Below, piece by piece: positions 10,326-22,100 of a DNA stretch of 64,000 bases. How positions within the stretch are numbered: the stretch's first letter is position 1; the number at the start of each line of letters is the position of its first letter. Location: positions 96,001-160,000 of the IMG/VR virus record IMGVR_UViG_3300028832_000095, one strand, 5' to 3'. Below the pieces are notes generated by a model. That model had not been told where the DNA came from. It saw nothing but the letters and a program-made list of their open reading frames with translations, and did no database searches. This DNA comes from a virus. Lineage: Duplodnaviria; Caudoviricetes. The position numbers and the translations under genes are program-made.

Positions 10326-11257
10326 CAGACATTGGAATGAAGTAAGAGAATTGGGTGAGAAGATCGGATATGGGAAACTAATGACAGTTGCTTCTATCCT
10401 ATGGGCATCAAAACTTATTGATGCCGGACTACCAGATAACGGAGCATTTTATCCAACAGGTTTATTTAATATGAAGGATTCGACAACAACAAAAGATCAA
10501 GTCGAATATCGTAAAGCATGGCTTGAATTTTATAGGAAGAATATAGTATACAAAGAATAAGGAGGATATAATAATGGATCTTAATCTCAAACTCAAAGAT
10601 CATACCCTTATAAAAATTACATCTGAACTTGACACAGAAAGAGTTTATGATTACTACGGTGATTATGATCGTCCAACTCAGGACATTAGATTTATTTTCG
10701 ATGACGGAATGATAGTTGATTTTTTGTCAATTAGAGATGACAGTGCTTCCTTTACATATCTTGCAAGTTTCTTCTACCAGAAAGATTTTTCAGAATACAC
10801 AAAAGATCAATTTATTTCTGAATTTTCGGAATATGTTAGTGTGAAACCATCAGTTATGAGAATAAATTGGCGTGATCAATATAATTCTAACTGCTCAGTT
10901 ATGAAGTCTGACCATTATGCAGTTTTCAGAGATATTGAATCTCCGAAAGAATCAACTGGATATGCTAACTATGACGGTAGAGAATTTTAAGGAGGACTAA
11001 CACAATGAAAACATACTATCCAATGGCTACTTATGATGGACAGACAGATAATTTTCATACGCTTACTACATACGATAGTCAATTTACTGTTAATGAGTGT
11101 TTGATTGCAATTCGTAATTGGATTTCTGCCGGGTTCAAAATTGATAAATGTTGGATTCAAGAATATGATACAGATACGAATGTTCCGAGAAATATCTCTG
11201 TTCACATTGTAGGCAGAGAACCTAAAGTTATTTATAGTAGATAAAGGGGGGTTAATT

Positions 11258-12028
11258 ATGAAAAAAGAATGGGTTGAGAAGAAAGAACAGGAACGTAAAG
11301 TAAGAATTAAAGAACTTACAAAACAAATCATGGATGCACTAACTTCTTTGGAAGATTTTACGGATAAAGAAAGAGATATGTTTGTTGAAAGATTTTACGA
11401 GATGAAAAATATTGGCATGAGTGATGCTCATATGTATATGCCGCATATTAAAGGAAAGTTCAAATACAGAGATGACCTATATAATAAGATAATGGATATT
11501 CTCAAAGAACTTCCGTTTGATCAACTTATCATGACCGAGCGTTATAGTTATGAAAATTATCTTGATTCTGAACATAAACATTTTACCGGAGATATTATTA
11601 TCACAGATCCTTGTTATATTGCAAAAGAAAATGAATGGCCCGATTATCTTGATGATGCGTATGATAATGAGGATCATCCTTTAAGGACTTTCATTGAACG
11701 TGGAACCATTTATGGTGACTGGTCTTGTACTACATTTGATACTGTTAATAGTTGGAAACCCATTGGAAACTTTTGTGCGGATGCTGGATGGGTCGGCGTG
11801 TTTGATCTTTCAGAAGTTTTAGCATATAACCCGAATTTTAACTATCATATAGAAAGACCTTGGACAACAACACTAATTAAGAATTTTGACGGTACTGTTT
11901 GGTTTGAAGTTGATGAGCACTACGATGAAGACTACGGATATGAATACTCTGTTCATGTTATTGGTAAAGGGGTTAATACAGAGACCGGAGAGCCTATTGA
12001 GTTCAGGACAACTCAGACAGGACTTTGA
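11258..12028 (+). CDS. Hypothetical phage protein
   Basis: ITDPCY, TIYGDWSC, FCADAG motifs; RBS present. Confidence 0.65.
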   Translation: MKKEWVEKKEQERKVRIKELTKQIMDALTSLEDFTDKERDMFVERFYEMKNIGMSDAHMYMPHIKGKFKYRDDLYNKIMDILKELPFDQLIMTERYSYENYLDSEHKHFTGDIIITDPCYIAKENEWPDYLDDAYDNEDHPLRTFIERGTIYGDWSCTTFDTVNSWKPIGNFCADAGWVGVFDLSEVLAYNPNFNYHIERPWTTTLIKNFDGTVWFEVDEHYDEDYGYEYSVHVIGKGVNTETGEPIEFRTTQTGL

Positions 12029-12381
12029 AAGGATTTTACATTATGAAAACTGTTTTGGTTTACAGTCTTAACGAAATTAGAGATATTCTTTTGAAATATC
12101 TTCCGCCTGATTCAGAGTCGTACATTGAAGACGCTCTGTTTGAGTGGGCTAGATATGAACGATTTATTCATATTAACGTAGATAAACTCGAAAACATTTC
12201 CGTTGAGTATGAGGAAGGTGGGTTACGCGCATCAAATGATGGTGCTGTGCCTAAGAAAATTCAGAAATGGATTGACATTATCAATGAATTGATCCTAATT
12301 ATTGAGAATATGGAACTTCCGGAAGAGTTCATTATTGACTATGAATCAGACATTTCTATTTATAAATAAAGGTGAATTACT

Positions 12382-12945
12382 ATGGTTGGATATAAAATTG
12401 CAGTTGGTATTGACTCCGTAGACGGTCCGTTTCTTGTAGTAGTTAAACTAGAGACATTACCAGAATCTACTATTGTTACACCAAATAATAAAATTCAGTT
12501 AGCAGCAGAATGTTCTATTCTCTATTACGTTGAAGAAATATTAAATGTATGTAATTTTTATTATATACCAGATAAAAAAGAAATTCAACAATATAGAACA
12601 GATGCTGCAATCGTAACGGGAATTGCACCTATTAAATTAGATTATAAACCTAATAATTGGAATAATAAGGCGTATTCTATTCACGACATTTCAAATAGAC
12701 TTGAATTGCCAGCAGCATATTCAGACAGTTCTGCTTTTACATATATGAATTGTAATAAAGTTTATTCCAATCTTGATTTAAGACCCGAAAATACTTGTGG
12801 GTATGGAATACATTTCTTTGAAAGTTTAGAGGATGCTATTTATTATTTTGCATATGATTATGAGTCTTATATAGTAAATAATTTTCGTCAGATAAAAGGC
12901 GCTTGGAGAAGAGAATCTAAATTATTAAAGGAGTTAGTAAAATGA
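12382..12945 (+). CDS. DUF5758-like protein, tandem paralog 1
   Basis: GYKIA...VKLE...RTD...CGYGIHFF. Confidence 0.55.
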   Translation: MVGYKIAVGIDSVDGPFLVVVKLETLPESTIVTPNNKIQLAAECSILYYVEEILNVCNFYYIPDKKEIQQYRTDAAIVTGIAPIKLDYKPNNWNNKAYSIHDISNRLELPAAYSDSSAFTYMNCNKVYSNLDLRPENTCGYGIHFFESLEDAIYYFAYDYESYIVNNFRQIKGAWRRESKLLKELVK

Positions 12946-13505
12946 TTGGATATAAGATTGCAGTTGGAATAGATCGAAAGAACGGACCGTTTCCAGTATT
13001 GGTTAAACTTGAAGTTCCGGAAGATGCAACAATAGTAAGACCTTTTGATGGAATTAAACTTGAAATACTGAATCGCTGTTTCTTTTCAGAAAGAACACTT
13101 CATCAATTAAGAACTGATAAAGCAAAAGTTCTTGAAATAAATCCCGTGTCAACGTGGGAAAATTATTTAGAAGACTGGAATGGAAAAGCATATTCAGTTT
13201 ATAGCTTATCAAGAGATATTAACATGAATATCTCCGGTCATGTTTTTTGTTACGAAGAAGGAAAAGAAGTTTCAAGTTATCTTGATCTCGACGAAAGATA
13301 TTCGTGCGTTCCGGGAATTCATTTATTTGAATCAAATGCAGATGCTGTTGAATATCTACTCTTTGATGATTATTTTATGAATTGCATAAATAAGTTCAGT
13401 AAAGTGTGGACATATAAAACAAATTGGAATGATCCTTGGGATGATGAAGACTACCAACAATATGCAAATTCCTGTAAAAATCATCTTATTGATCTAAGTA
13501 AGTAA
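12942..13505 (+). CDS. DUF5758-like protein, tandem paralog 2
   Basis: GYKIA...VKLE...RTDKAKV...CVPGIHLF. Confidence 0.55.
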   Translation: MIGYKIAVGIDRKNGPFPVLVKLEVPEDATIVRPFDGIKLEILNRCFFSERTLHQLRTDKAKVLEINPVSTWENYLEDWNGKAYSVYSLSRDINMNISGHVFCYEEGKEVSSYLDLDERYSCVPGIHLFESNADAVEYLLFDDYFMNCINKFSKVWTYKTNWNDPWDDEDYQQYANSCKNHLIDLSK

Positions 13506-13511
13506 AGACAA

Positions 13512-13550
13512 AATAGATGTAGAATAAACTCTACATCCATTGTTTATTTT
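13512..13550 (+). terminator. Probable intrinsic terminator
   Basis: gatgtaga/tctacatc stem then T-rich tail. Confidence 0.55.
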
Positions 13551-13610
13551 ATATAAAAAATGTGCAAATACTTTATTATTGTTTTTACATATAAAATTAT
13601 TCAAAACCTA

Positions 13611-13646
13611 TTGACTTTTTGAGCATTATGTGTTATACTATATTTA
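13611..13646 (+). promoter_or_regulatory. Sigma-A-type early promoter (repeat family)
   Basis: TTGACT-17-TATACT-ATATTT. Confidence 0.85.
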
Positions 13647-13681
13647 CAGGATAACACAATAATTCAAGGAGGATAAAGGTT

Positions 13682-13951
13682 ATGAAAAACACGATTATTG
13701 GAAATGAAACTTGGTTCGATATGTGGTTCTCCGACAAGCAGAATATGCTTGATACAATGGTAAGAAATATGCAAGCCGATCTGGATTGCGGATATGATTA
13801 TTTTGGAAAGTCTATCACTTCTCAGCGAGAGATGATTGATGAGTACAAGAAGAACTTTGATGATCAGATGGACAAGTTCAAGGAAATGGAAGATAAAGCC
13901 GTCAATAGATGGTGCTATTACGATATGAAGAAACGTGGAGTTATTGAGTGA
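13682..13951 (+). CDS. Hypothetical early protein
   Basis: AAGGAGG RBS after promoter. Confidence 0.7.
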   Translation: MKNTIIGNETWFDMWFSDKQNMLDTMVRNMQADLDCGYDYFGKSITSQREMIDEYKKNFDDQMDKFKEMEDKAVNRWCYYDMKKRGVIE

Positions 13952-14388
13952 AGGGAGGATTATTATGGTTACAGTGGTTTTGGGGTATAGTTGTCTTGTT
14001 CTATTTACATATTCTGCTATAATTACTCTTATTGTTTTCGACAAAGAACGTAAACAGAAGAAAGAACCGGAACCGGAACTTTTTGACGGAGATATAATGA
14101 GAGAAATAAGCAAGGCAAATGAGGGTATGTATAAGTTTGAATATTCTTCAGAACAGAAGAAGATCTTAAAAGAATTGGTTGCTATCATTAAAAACTCCGC
14201 CGAAAAAGGATTCACATCTGTAAACCTATTAAAATGTAGGAATCTTAATTATCGGATACAGAACTATTTTACAAGACAGCAAATTCTTGATTATTTCGAG
14301 CCTAAGAAATATACAGTAAAATTTGAAATGGATTCAGAAAATACTTCTTATATTGAGAAGATAACGTGGTAAAAAGGAGAAATAAATC

Positions 14389-14814
14389 ATGTTATTAAAA
14401 GAAGATAAACAGTTATACAGAGGTATATTCTGGATTCCGGATATTGATAATGTGAAATCATCTAATCTATATTTTACAATTCCTTGTGATGTTGATGGAT
14501 ATATAAACGATACTGAATTTCAGATTTCCGATATTGTATCTTCTACTGGATCAGATAATTATAACCATAAAAAACTGTGGAAATCTTTGGGAAATAAATA
14601 TACAAATGGAAAGGACTTTTCTTATTATCCTAGAGGTAGAGTTGAAATTAGCAATGGAATTGCAAAAGTATTTCATTCTCCACATATTCCACAAGATGAT
14701 CTTAAAAGATTTGTTATTGATAAATTTAATCTAACTCCGTCAAACGGAATCAAGAAGATTAAAATGATTGCTGATGGAAGTGACCATTATAAATGTTATT
14801 TAGATGAGGAGTGA
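14389..14814 (+). CDS. Hypothetical protein, paralog of 61975..62415; LKE N-terminal signal
   Basis: GIFW, HKKLW, YYPRGRV, HYKC shared with 61975..62415. Confidence 0.7.
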   Translation: MLLKEDKQLYRGIFWIPDIDNVKSSNLYFTIPCDVDGYINDTEFQISDIVSSTGSDNYNHKKLWKSLGNKYTNGKDFSYYPRGRVEISNGIAKVFHSPHIPQDDLKRFVIDKFNLTPSNGIKKIKMIADGSDHYKCYLDEE

Positions 14815-16755
14815 TATTATATGAATATTTACAGACTAACTATTTGTAAAATTACTTGCTATCAATACGAAGATACATGGTATGAGTGGTTTTTAACAGA
14901 AGATGAAATGAAAGCATATAAAGAGAAATATGAAAAAGAACATAGACGGGAAAACGGAGATTATATTCCACATATTACTGATATTTCATATTATGAAGAT
15001 ACAATGACATTAGAGGAAGCGAGGGAATCAGATACATTTACAGTGAATGACTTTGAAGAATTGTTTAATGTTGATGTTACAAATTTATTAACAAATGAAA
15101 CAGATTGGTATCTTGATGAGGATGGATAAATTAGATGTTCTTACTGTGACGAAAAGTCTTATATTCAGGATCCGTCTTTGAACAGAGAATGCTATTGTTC
15201 TATTTGTGGAAATAAGATGTCAAATAAAATTCTTCCAGAAAAAACTATAACCAAGTAAGAGGAGAGTATAAATTATTCCTATCAAACCGGAGGTAGATGA
15301 ATGAAAAATTCTTTGTGCGCTCACTGTCTTAATTGCAGTGAGATCAAGTATGATGGATTCTTTTGTGACGAGACTGGATATACAGAAAGTAAAGATATTT
15401 CTGATGGATGTGAAATGTTCAAAGATGATTCAGTTAAATTTTTCGCAGAAAAGTTAGCATATACGTTTAATGATAAGGAGGAGGAAGAATAATGAAAGTA
15501 ATTACAATTTATGAGGCGTTTGACGGTGAACAGTTTGATGACGAAATTGACTGCTTAGAGCACGAACTTATCTTTAAAGAAAAGACTACTACACTAAGAG
15601 CTTACGGTAAACGTAATAAACGACTTTATGATCTTTACAAAGACGATACATATAATGAAACAATGAAAATTGTTATTCCTGATACTGAGGCTCTTAAGAT
15701 GCTAATGGAACTTCAAGATTATTGTGGTTTCTATTTTGATATTCCTGCTGTTGCATCCAGCATTGGAACATGGAAGTATGATGAAAAGGAAGATCATTGG
15801 AAGAAGGTCGGATAAATTATGGCTATCATAGCAATTAAACAACCTAACGGACAATTGATGATGTTTTCATCTCTATGTTCCGTTCCAATTGAAATGATCC
15901 TTACACAAGAAGATTTTATAAGTTTAGGAGTATTGAAAATGAAATTTGAAGATTATCGTAATTGGCTAAGAGAACATGATTGGCTAGGAGCGCAAGAATA
16001 TGATTATTTAGATACACTTGATCTAGGTGTAATTCTGTGTGCAAATTCAGATAAGACTTGCAGAGAGATTATGGAAATCATTGCTGATAAGTATGAGGAC
16101 GATTATCTAGCGAAATATCCAAATGATCAGGAATTATTTAATAGTATTCCGGAAAGTGAATTTGTTGATTATATTCATTGGCGTTATGGAATTCCAGTTA
16201 GCGAGGAAGTTATATATAGGTTTAATATTGGGGAGAAAAAATAGGAGGAAATAAAAAAATGAAAATCTCTATTAAATTTCTTAATGATCTAATTGCCAAG
16301 AACAATATTCCTGAAACCGCAACACTTCAAACCGATACTGATTGGAAATGTTGGGAATGTGGTCCAGTTGATTGTTATAGTGTTTATTATAACCCAAAAG
16401 AAAATACAATCATTCTACACGGAGAAAATAATTCCATGTATCATAGAGAAGGATGTATTCAGCTATTTTCTGATGATAATCATAAAGAATCGTTTTATGG
16501 AGTTTTTCGATACTATGTAAAGGATGATACAAAAGAAGTTTGTGTAGAAAGACAGAGGTAGTATGTGATTCTAACTACTATTCAATTTGTGAAATATAAT
16601 TATATTGTAGAGTTCATAAATAAGCGTCTGAAATATTCATTATGTCCTTTTGATGATATGTTTGAGGTGTTTCAGGTAGGAGCGTTTTCAAAACCTTTGG
16701 AACCGTCCGGAGAACTTGAGAATAAACTTGTAATAGAGTGGGAAAGGGTAATGTC

Positions 16756-17238
16756 ATGAAATATTCAAACATTGAAATTCCTGAGATAGATATAAACGAT
16801 GTTTCGCCGGAAGTTTATTTTTTTGATGTAATCTGTCCTAATTGCAAATGTCCGTTATGTTCAGATGAAATTAGAGTTGCTAATATATCTACGGGGCATA
16901 GTTTTGGTAGTATTGAAACCACTTCTATGGCGCACTGTAGATGCAAAGTCTGCAAAACTAAATTTGATGCAGAAACAACTATTTACTCAAAGTTTAGTAT
17001 TGGCTTGTTTGCTCATATGATTTGTTGTATTGTGATGACCGTTGCATTTATTTTAACTGGAACGAGTCTTATCGGTATTTTAATTACAGAACTAATGAAA
17101 GAATATTCTATCAGAAACAATATATTTGCGGTTTTTATAGTTTCTTTGTGCATCTTAATTGTTTCTGGTATTATTGGCTCTATTCTGGAAACGTGTAATG
17201 ATGATTGTTGCAAATATGTCAAAACATTTAATAAATGA
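16756..17238 (+). CDS. Zn-ribbon plus two-TM membrane protein
   Basis: CPNC...CKVC followed by two hydrophobic segments. Confidence 0.55.
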   Translation: MKYSNIEIPEIDINDVSPEVYFFDVICPNCKCPLCSDEIRVANISTGHSFGSIETTSMAHCRCKVCKTKFDAETTIYSKFSIGLFAHMICCIVMTVAFILTGTSLIGILITELMKEYSIRNNIFAVFIVSLCILIVSGIIGSILETCNDDCCKYVKTFNK

Positions 17239-17335
17239 AATGAGGGTAAATGTATATGAACGCTGATATTGAAAAGCTACGAATCTTGTATAACAAAAAA
17301 GACGAGATATTATCAGAAACATAGGAGGTAATTAT

Positions 17336-17725
17336 ATGCTAACATTTATTAAATATCCAAAAGGAATAGATAGAACTGAGTTCATTAAATATATTGAAGG
17401 TGATATGGTACAGTCTGTAATGAAATGTAGAGGAATTCCTATTGTTGGACATGGATGTGTTTACTACTCAGATTCACCTAATAATTTTATTGAAGTATTT
17501 CTGTCTCCTGACAGATACCTTGGTTATGTGAAAAACATAACATTTGATCCTATCCCTCCAAATATGGATTATATTGAATTTGATTTACTTGATAACCAAG
17601 CCGGAAGACTTGCAAAAGAACTTGTCATGGATCAAGAAACAGAATATTCAATCAGTCCATGTTGCATCGTAAATCCTTTGGATGGAAGTATTAGACTATT
17701 AGGATTCACTATTCATTTTGAATAA
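17336..17725 (+). CDS. Hypothetical protein, possible degenerate prohead-protease-fold paralog
   Basis: EFDLLDNQAGRLAKELV...YSISP weakly resembles the LDTPxGxxxKxL...SSRG segment of T4 gp21-type proteases. Confidence 0.3.
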   Translation: MLTFIKYPKGIDRTEFIKYIEGDMVQSVMKCRGIPIVGHGCVYYSDSPNNFIEVFLSPDRYLGYVKNITFDPIPPNMDYIEFDLLDNQAGRLAKELVMDQETEYSISPCCIVNPLDGSIRLLGFTIHFE

Positions 17726-17738
17726 TTTGGAGGTCTTT

Positions 17739-18470
17739 ATGAAGATTGACATAAATAGTGATGTATTAAATCTATTTAATAATATAACATTGGATATTCG
17801 AGATTATATTTCCTATAAAGCGCAGGAACGGCATTGCGGTTGGGAGTGCTGTTTACAAACATATAATCAAGTTATTTTTAGTTTGTCAGATAATTATGTC
17901 ACGATTGAGATTGCAAAAGACGAGAAAGAAAGAGACTATGTAAAGCTGTTTACCGGAAACAGATATAGCAGTATTCTTCTTGTTAATACAGAACATAATA
18001 AATTTCTAGTTGTTCCATATACAGGGAAAAATAAGTTATTATATTATTGGAATGAAAAAGATTTAGATAAATTCATAGATATCGTGAGAACAAGATTTCA
18101 CGAATATTTAGTAAAGATAAATTCGGAACAAAAAGAACATAATTTCAAGCTCAGAATCATTACAGATGCTATTGATCCATATGTTGATAATTTGTCTTAT
18201 ACCGATATTGATAATCTTGTATCCCAGCTTAGATTAACATTAGATTGGGTAAGAAAGAATGAGGATAATAAAATGGTTGACGATTCTAATGTAAAATATT
18301 TGGAAGATAGAATTAAAGAACTTAAACAACAGATTGAAGAAATTGAACAAAGACATTATGAAGAACTAGATCCAGTTAAACAGGAACTTGAAGATACAGA
18401 GTGGGAGTTGGCATCCGCCCGTGTAATATTTGAGAGTCAAAAGAATGAGGATGTTGTAGATGATGAATAA
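17739..18470 (+). CDS. Hypothetical protein with C-terminal coiled coil
   Basis: GGAGGT RBS before ATG 17739. Confidence 0.6.
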   Translation: MKIDINSDVLNLFNNITLDIRDYISYKAQERHCGWECCLQTYNQVIFSLSDNYVTIEIAKDEKERDYVKLFTGNRYSSILLVNTEHNKFLVVPYTGKNKLLYYWNEKDLDKFIDIVRTRFHEYLVKINSEQKEHNFKLRIITDAIDPYVDNLSYTDIDNLVSQLRLTLDWVRKNEDNKMVDDSNVKYLEDRIKELKQQIEEIEQRHYEELDPVKQELEDTEWELASARVIFESQKNEDVVDDE

Positions 18471-18902
18471 TCAAAATAACATAGTCATTACATATGATGA
18501 CATATATAATATCTTAAAGTGGATGTACGCAAAATACAGGGAACAAAGATATAATTGTCTTGTAAATTTCGATATCGAACAAAAGCATTGGGTATTTCCA
18601 AATGTATTTGGTGTGAAGAAACTTTACCTTTATTGTCCGGAAAATAAGAAAGAGAATGAGATCGCATATATTGGATTCTGTGAAACACATATTGATGATC
18701 CAGATACAATTCTACAAGACTATCCACCTATTATAACAGTGACAGATGAAACGATTAGTTTTACATACAATAGAGATTTAATGCCAGTTTGTGAAGAAGA
18801 GTTTGTTCTTGAAATGGTAAATAACCTTATAAGGGTAAATAACCTTATAAGGGCAAATGAAGAACTATATCGTGAGAAAGAACTGCAAGAAAGTGAACAA
18901 TG

Positions 18903-18950
18903 ATACTATATCTAGTATAATATAGTATTACACATAACAACATATAGTTA
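18903..18950 (+). promoter_or_regulatory. Tandem NrdR boxes upstream of nrdD
   Basis: ATACTATATCTAGTAT (18903-18918) and TAACAACATATAGTTA (18935-18950) both match acaCwAtATaTwGtg and start 32 bp apart. Confidence 0.75.
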
Positions 18951-18981
18951 ATTCTTTACTTTATCAATAAAATAAACATAC

Positions 18982-19060
18982 AATATTTCCATCAATTTTT
19001 GTGAAAGTAGTAGAATCTAAAAATCTTGATTTTTATTTCACAAAAAGAGATGGAAATATT
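18982..19060 (+). other. Long stem-loop in nrdD leader
   Basis: aatatttccatc..tttttgtgaaa pairs with tttcacaaaaa..gatggaaatatt. Confidence 0.7.
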
Positions 19061-19138
19061 CTTATGTGACCTACTATAACAAATACAACTCCATTTGGAG
19101 GATGGGGAAATATAGAATTAAGAGAGGATTGATCCATT

Positions 19139-22100
19139 ATGTATCAAATTAAGAAACGAAGCGGAGAGTTAGAACTATTTGAACTATCAAAAATCAAGAC
19201 AGCAATAAAAAGGACATTTGATTCTTGTAATAGAAATTATCAAGAGTCTATTATAGAAACAATATCAATCAAATCAGTGGCAGATGCAGAAACAAAGATA
19301 AAGGATAATGTTCTCAATGTAGAAGATATACAAGACAGTGTAGAAAAAGTCTTAATGACATATGGATATGAAGATGTAGCAAAAGCATATATTCTATATA
19401 GAAAACAACATGAAAAAGCAAGGAATGCTAAAGAGACATTATTGAATTATAAGAAAACTATCGAAAGTTATAAGAACAGAGATGACTGGCGTGTAAAAGA
19501 AAACTCTACTGTCACCTATTCTCTTGGAGGTCTTATTCTAAATAATAGTGGAGCTATGACAGCTAACTATTGGCTTTTTGAAATATATGATGATGAAATT
19601 GGAAATGCTCATAGAAATTGTGAAATGCACATACATGATCTTTCTTTTCTATCTGCTTATTGTGCCGGATGGTCACTTAAACAACTAATACAAGAAGGAT
19701 TAGGTGGAGTACCTGGAAAAATCAGTTCAGATCCGGCATCTCACTTATCTACATTATGTAATCAAATGGTGAATTTTATAGGTATACTCCAAAATGAATG
19801 GGCAGGAGCACAAGCATTTTCAAGTGTGGATACATATTTAGCACCTTTTGTAAAAGTAGATAATCTTTCTTATAAAGAAGTAAAGCAGTGCATCCAGTCT
19901 CTTGTGTTTGGTCTTAATACTCCTTCAAGATGGGGATCACAATCACCTTTTAGTAATTTTACCATGGATTGGACAGTTCCGGATGATCTTGCAGAACTTA
20001 ATTGTATCGTAGGAGGTAAAGAGTTAGACTTCCGTTATAAAGACTGTAAACGTGAAATGGATATGGTAAATAAAGCATTTATGGAAGTTATGATGGAAGG
20101 TGATGCAAACGGTAGAGGTTTTCAATACCCCATACCGACTTACTCAATAACAAAAGAATTCGATTGGGATCCTGAAATCCCAAATAATAAACTTCTATTT
20201 GAAATGACAGCAAAGTATGGAATTCCATATTTTAGTAATTATGTTAATAGTGATATGTCCCCCTCAGATCTGAGAGCAATGTGTCTACATCCAGATACAG
20301 AAGTTAGATTTAAATACGACAAGGTTTTTGTAGAAACATCTATTCAGGATATGTATGATAATTACGATGTTAATAAGATTCAAATCCTAACAAAATTTGG
20401 TCTTAGACCTGTGAAAGAAGTACAACGATTTGGTTATACTGGAAAACTACTTAAATTTACATTTGATAATGGTACTACGTTAATCACCACACCTGATCAT
20501 GATCACGTTATTTATGAATTTACAGGTGTTCGTAGATATACCAACGGGGAAAAAGGTGGCTTCTTTGAATATGGAAAACAGCCTGAAGGTTGGTATCTAA
20601 AATCAAAATCACCTGTCATAGACGGTAAATGTCATCTTATTAAAAGAAAGGCTTCAGATCTTAAAGTAGGGGATTATTTATCTGTAAGATCTAAAAACGG
20701 TGGTGAATATCGTAGAGGAAAGACTTATGAAGAATCATACGGTGAGGATAAAGCAAAACAATTAAAACAAATGTTTAGCAAAGATCGAAAAGGTCGTGTT
20801 TCTTGGAATAAAGGTATACCAACTCCCTTAGAAGTAAGAAAGAAGATATCAGAAGCTGAAATTGGACATTATGTATCTGAGAAATGCCGTAAAGCATCCT
20901 CCGAAAGATGGAAAGGATCCAAAAACCCATATAATAAAAATGGCGTGAGGGTTTCTGGAAGAAGCGCTAGTATTAGTAACTATGAAATAGATTTTGAAAA
21001 AGAGTTATTAGCACTGGACACAGAATTTGTAAAACAGTATCCAGTTTTAAATAATAACAAAACCTATATTTGTGATTTTTATATCCCAGAAAAAAATCTT
21101 ATTATAGAACTGGAAACTGATTATAGATATAGTGAGTGTTCTTATAATAACACTGAAAAAGTTTTTATATCCCACCTGAAAAACAAATATGACGATATCA
21201 TAAGTTCCGGTTATAATCTTTTAGTAATTAATCCAAAGATAGATAAATCTTCTTATAGATGCCATATAAATAATCATACTCAAATCATAAACATTGAATC
21301 CATTGATTATGATGGTTATGTGTATGATCTAGAAGTAAATTGTGATGACGTTGGTGGTGATACTACATTATATCATACTTTCTATGCTAATAATATCTTA
21401 ACTGGGAATTGCTGTAGATTGCGTTTAGATCTTCGTGAACTTAGACGTAAATCAGGAGGATATTTCGGTAGTGGGGAATCCACTGGAAGTATTGGAGTTG
21501 TAACATTAAACCTTCCAAGAATAGCATATACATCAAAAACAGAAGAAGAATTCTTTACTAAGCTAGATAAACTAATGGATATAGCGGCAAGATCATTAAA
21601 TATAAAAAGAACAGTTGTATCACAGTTATTAGAACAAGGATTATATCCCTATACAAAGAGATATCTAGGATCTTTTAATAATCACTTCTCTACAATTGGA
21701 ATTGTTGGTATGAATGAATGTTGCTTAAATGCTAATTGGATTGGTTATGATATCTCTACAAAGATTGGGTATGAATTTTCTAAGAAGGTTTTAGATCATA
21801 TAAGGGAACGACTTTCGGATTATCAAGAACAGTATGGTGATCTATTCAACCTTGAAGCAACACCTGCGGAAAGCACTTCATTTAGATTTGCAATGCATGA
21901 TAAGAAAGATTTTCCAAATATAATCACAGCCGGAGATAAAACAGATGGAGCACCTTATTATACAAATAGTTCTCATCTTCCAGTAGGTTATACAGATGAT
22001 ATTTTTGAAGCACTGGATCACCAAGACGATTTACAAACTAAATATACTTCTGGAACTGTATTTCATGCTTTCCTAGGAGAGAAACTTCCTTCTTGGCAAG

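Noticed and set aside
18817-18857. 18-nt tandem duplication (VNNLIR x2) in 18460..18903
   Set aside because: Simple in-frame slippage duplication with no sign of function.
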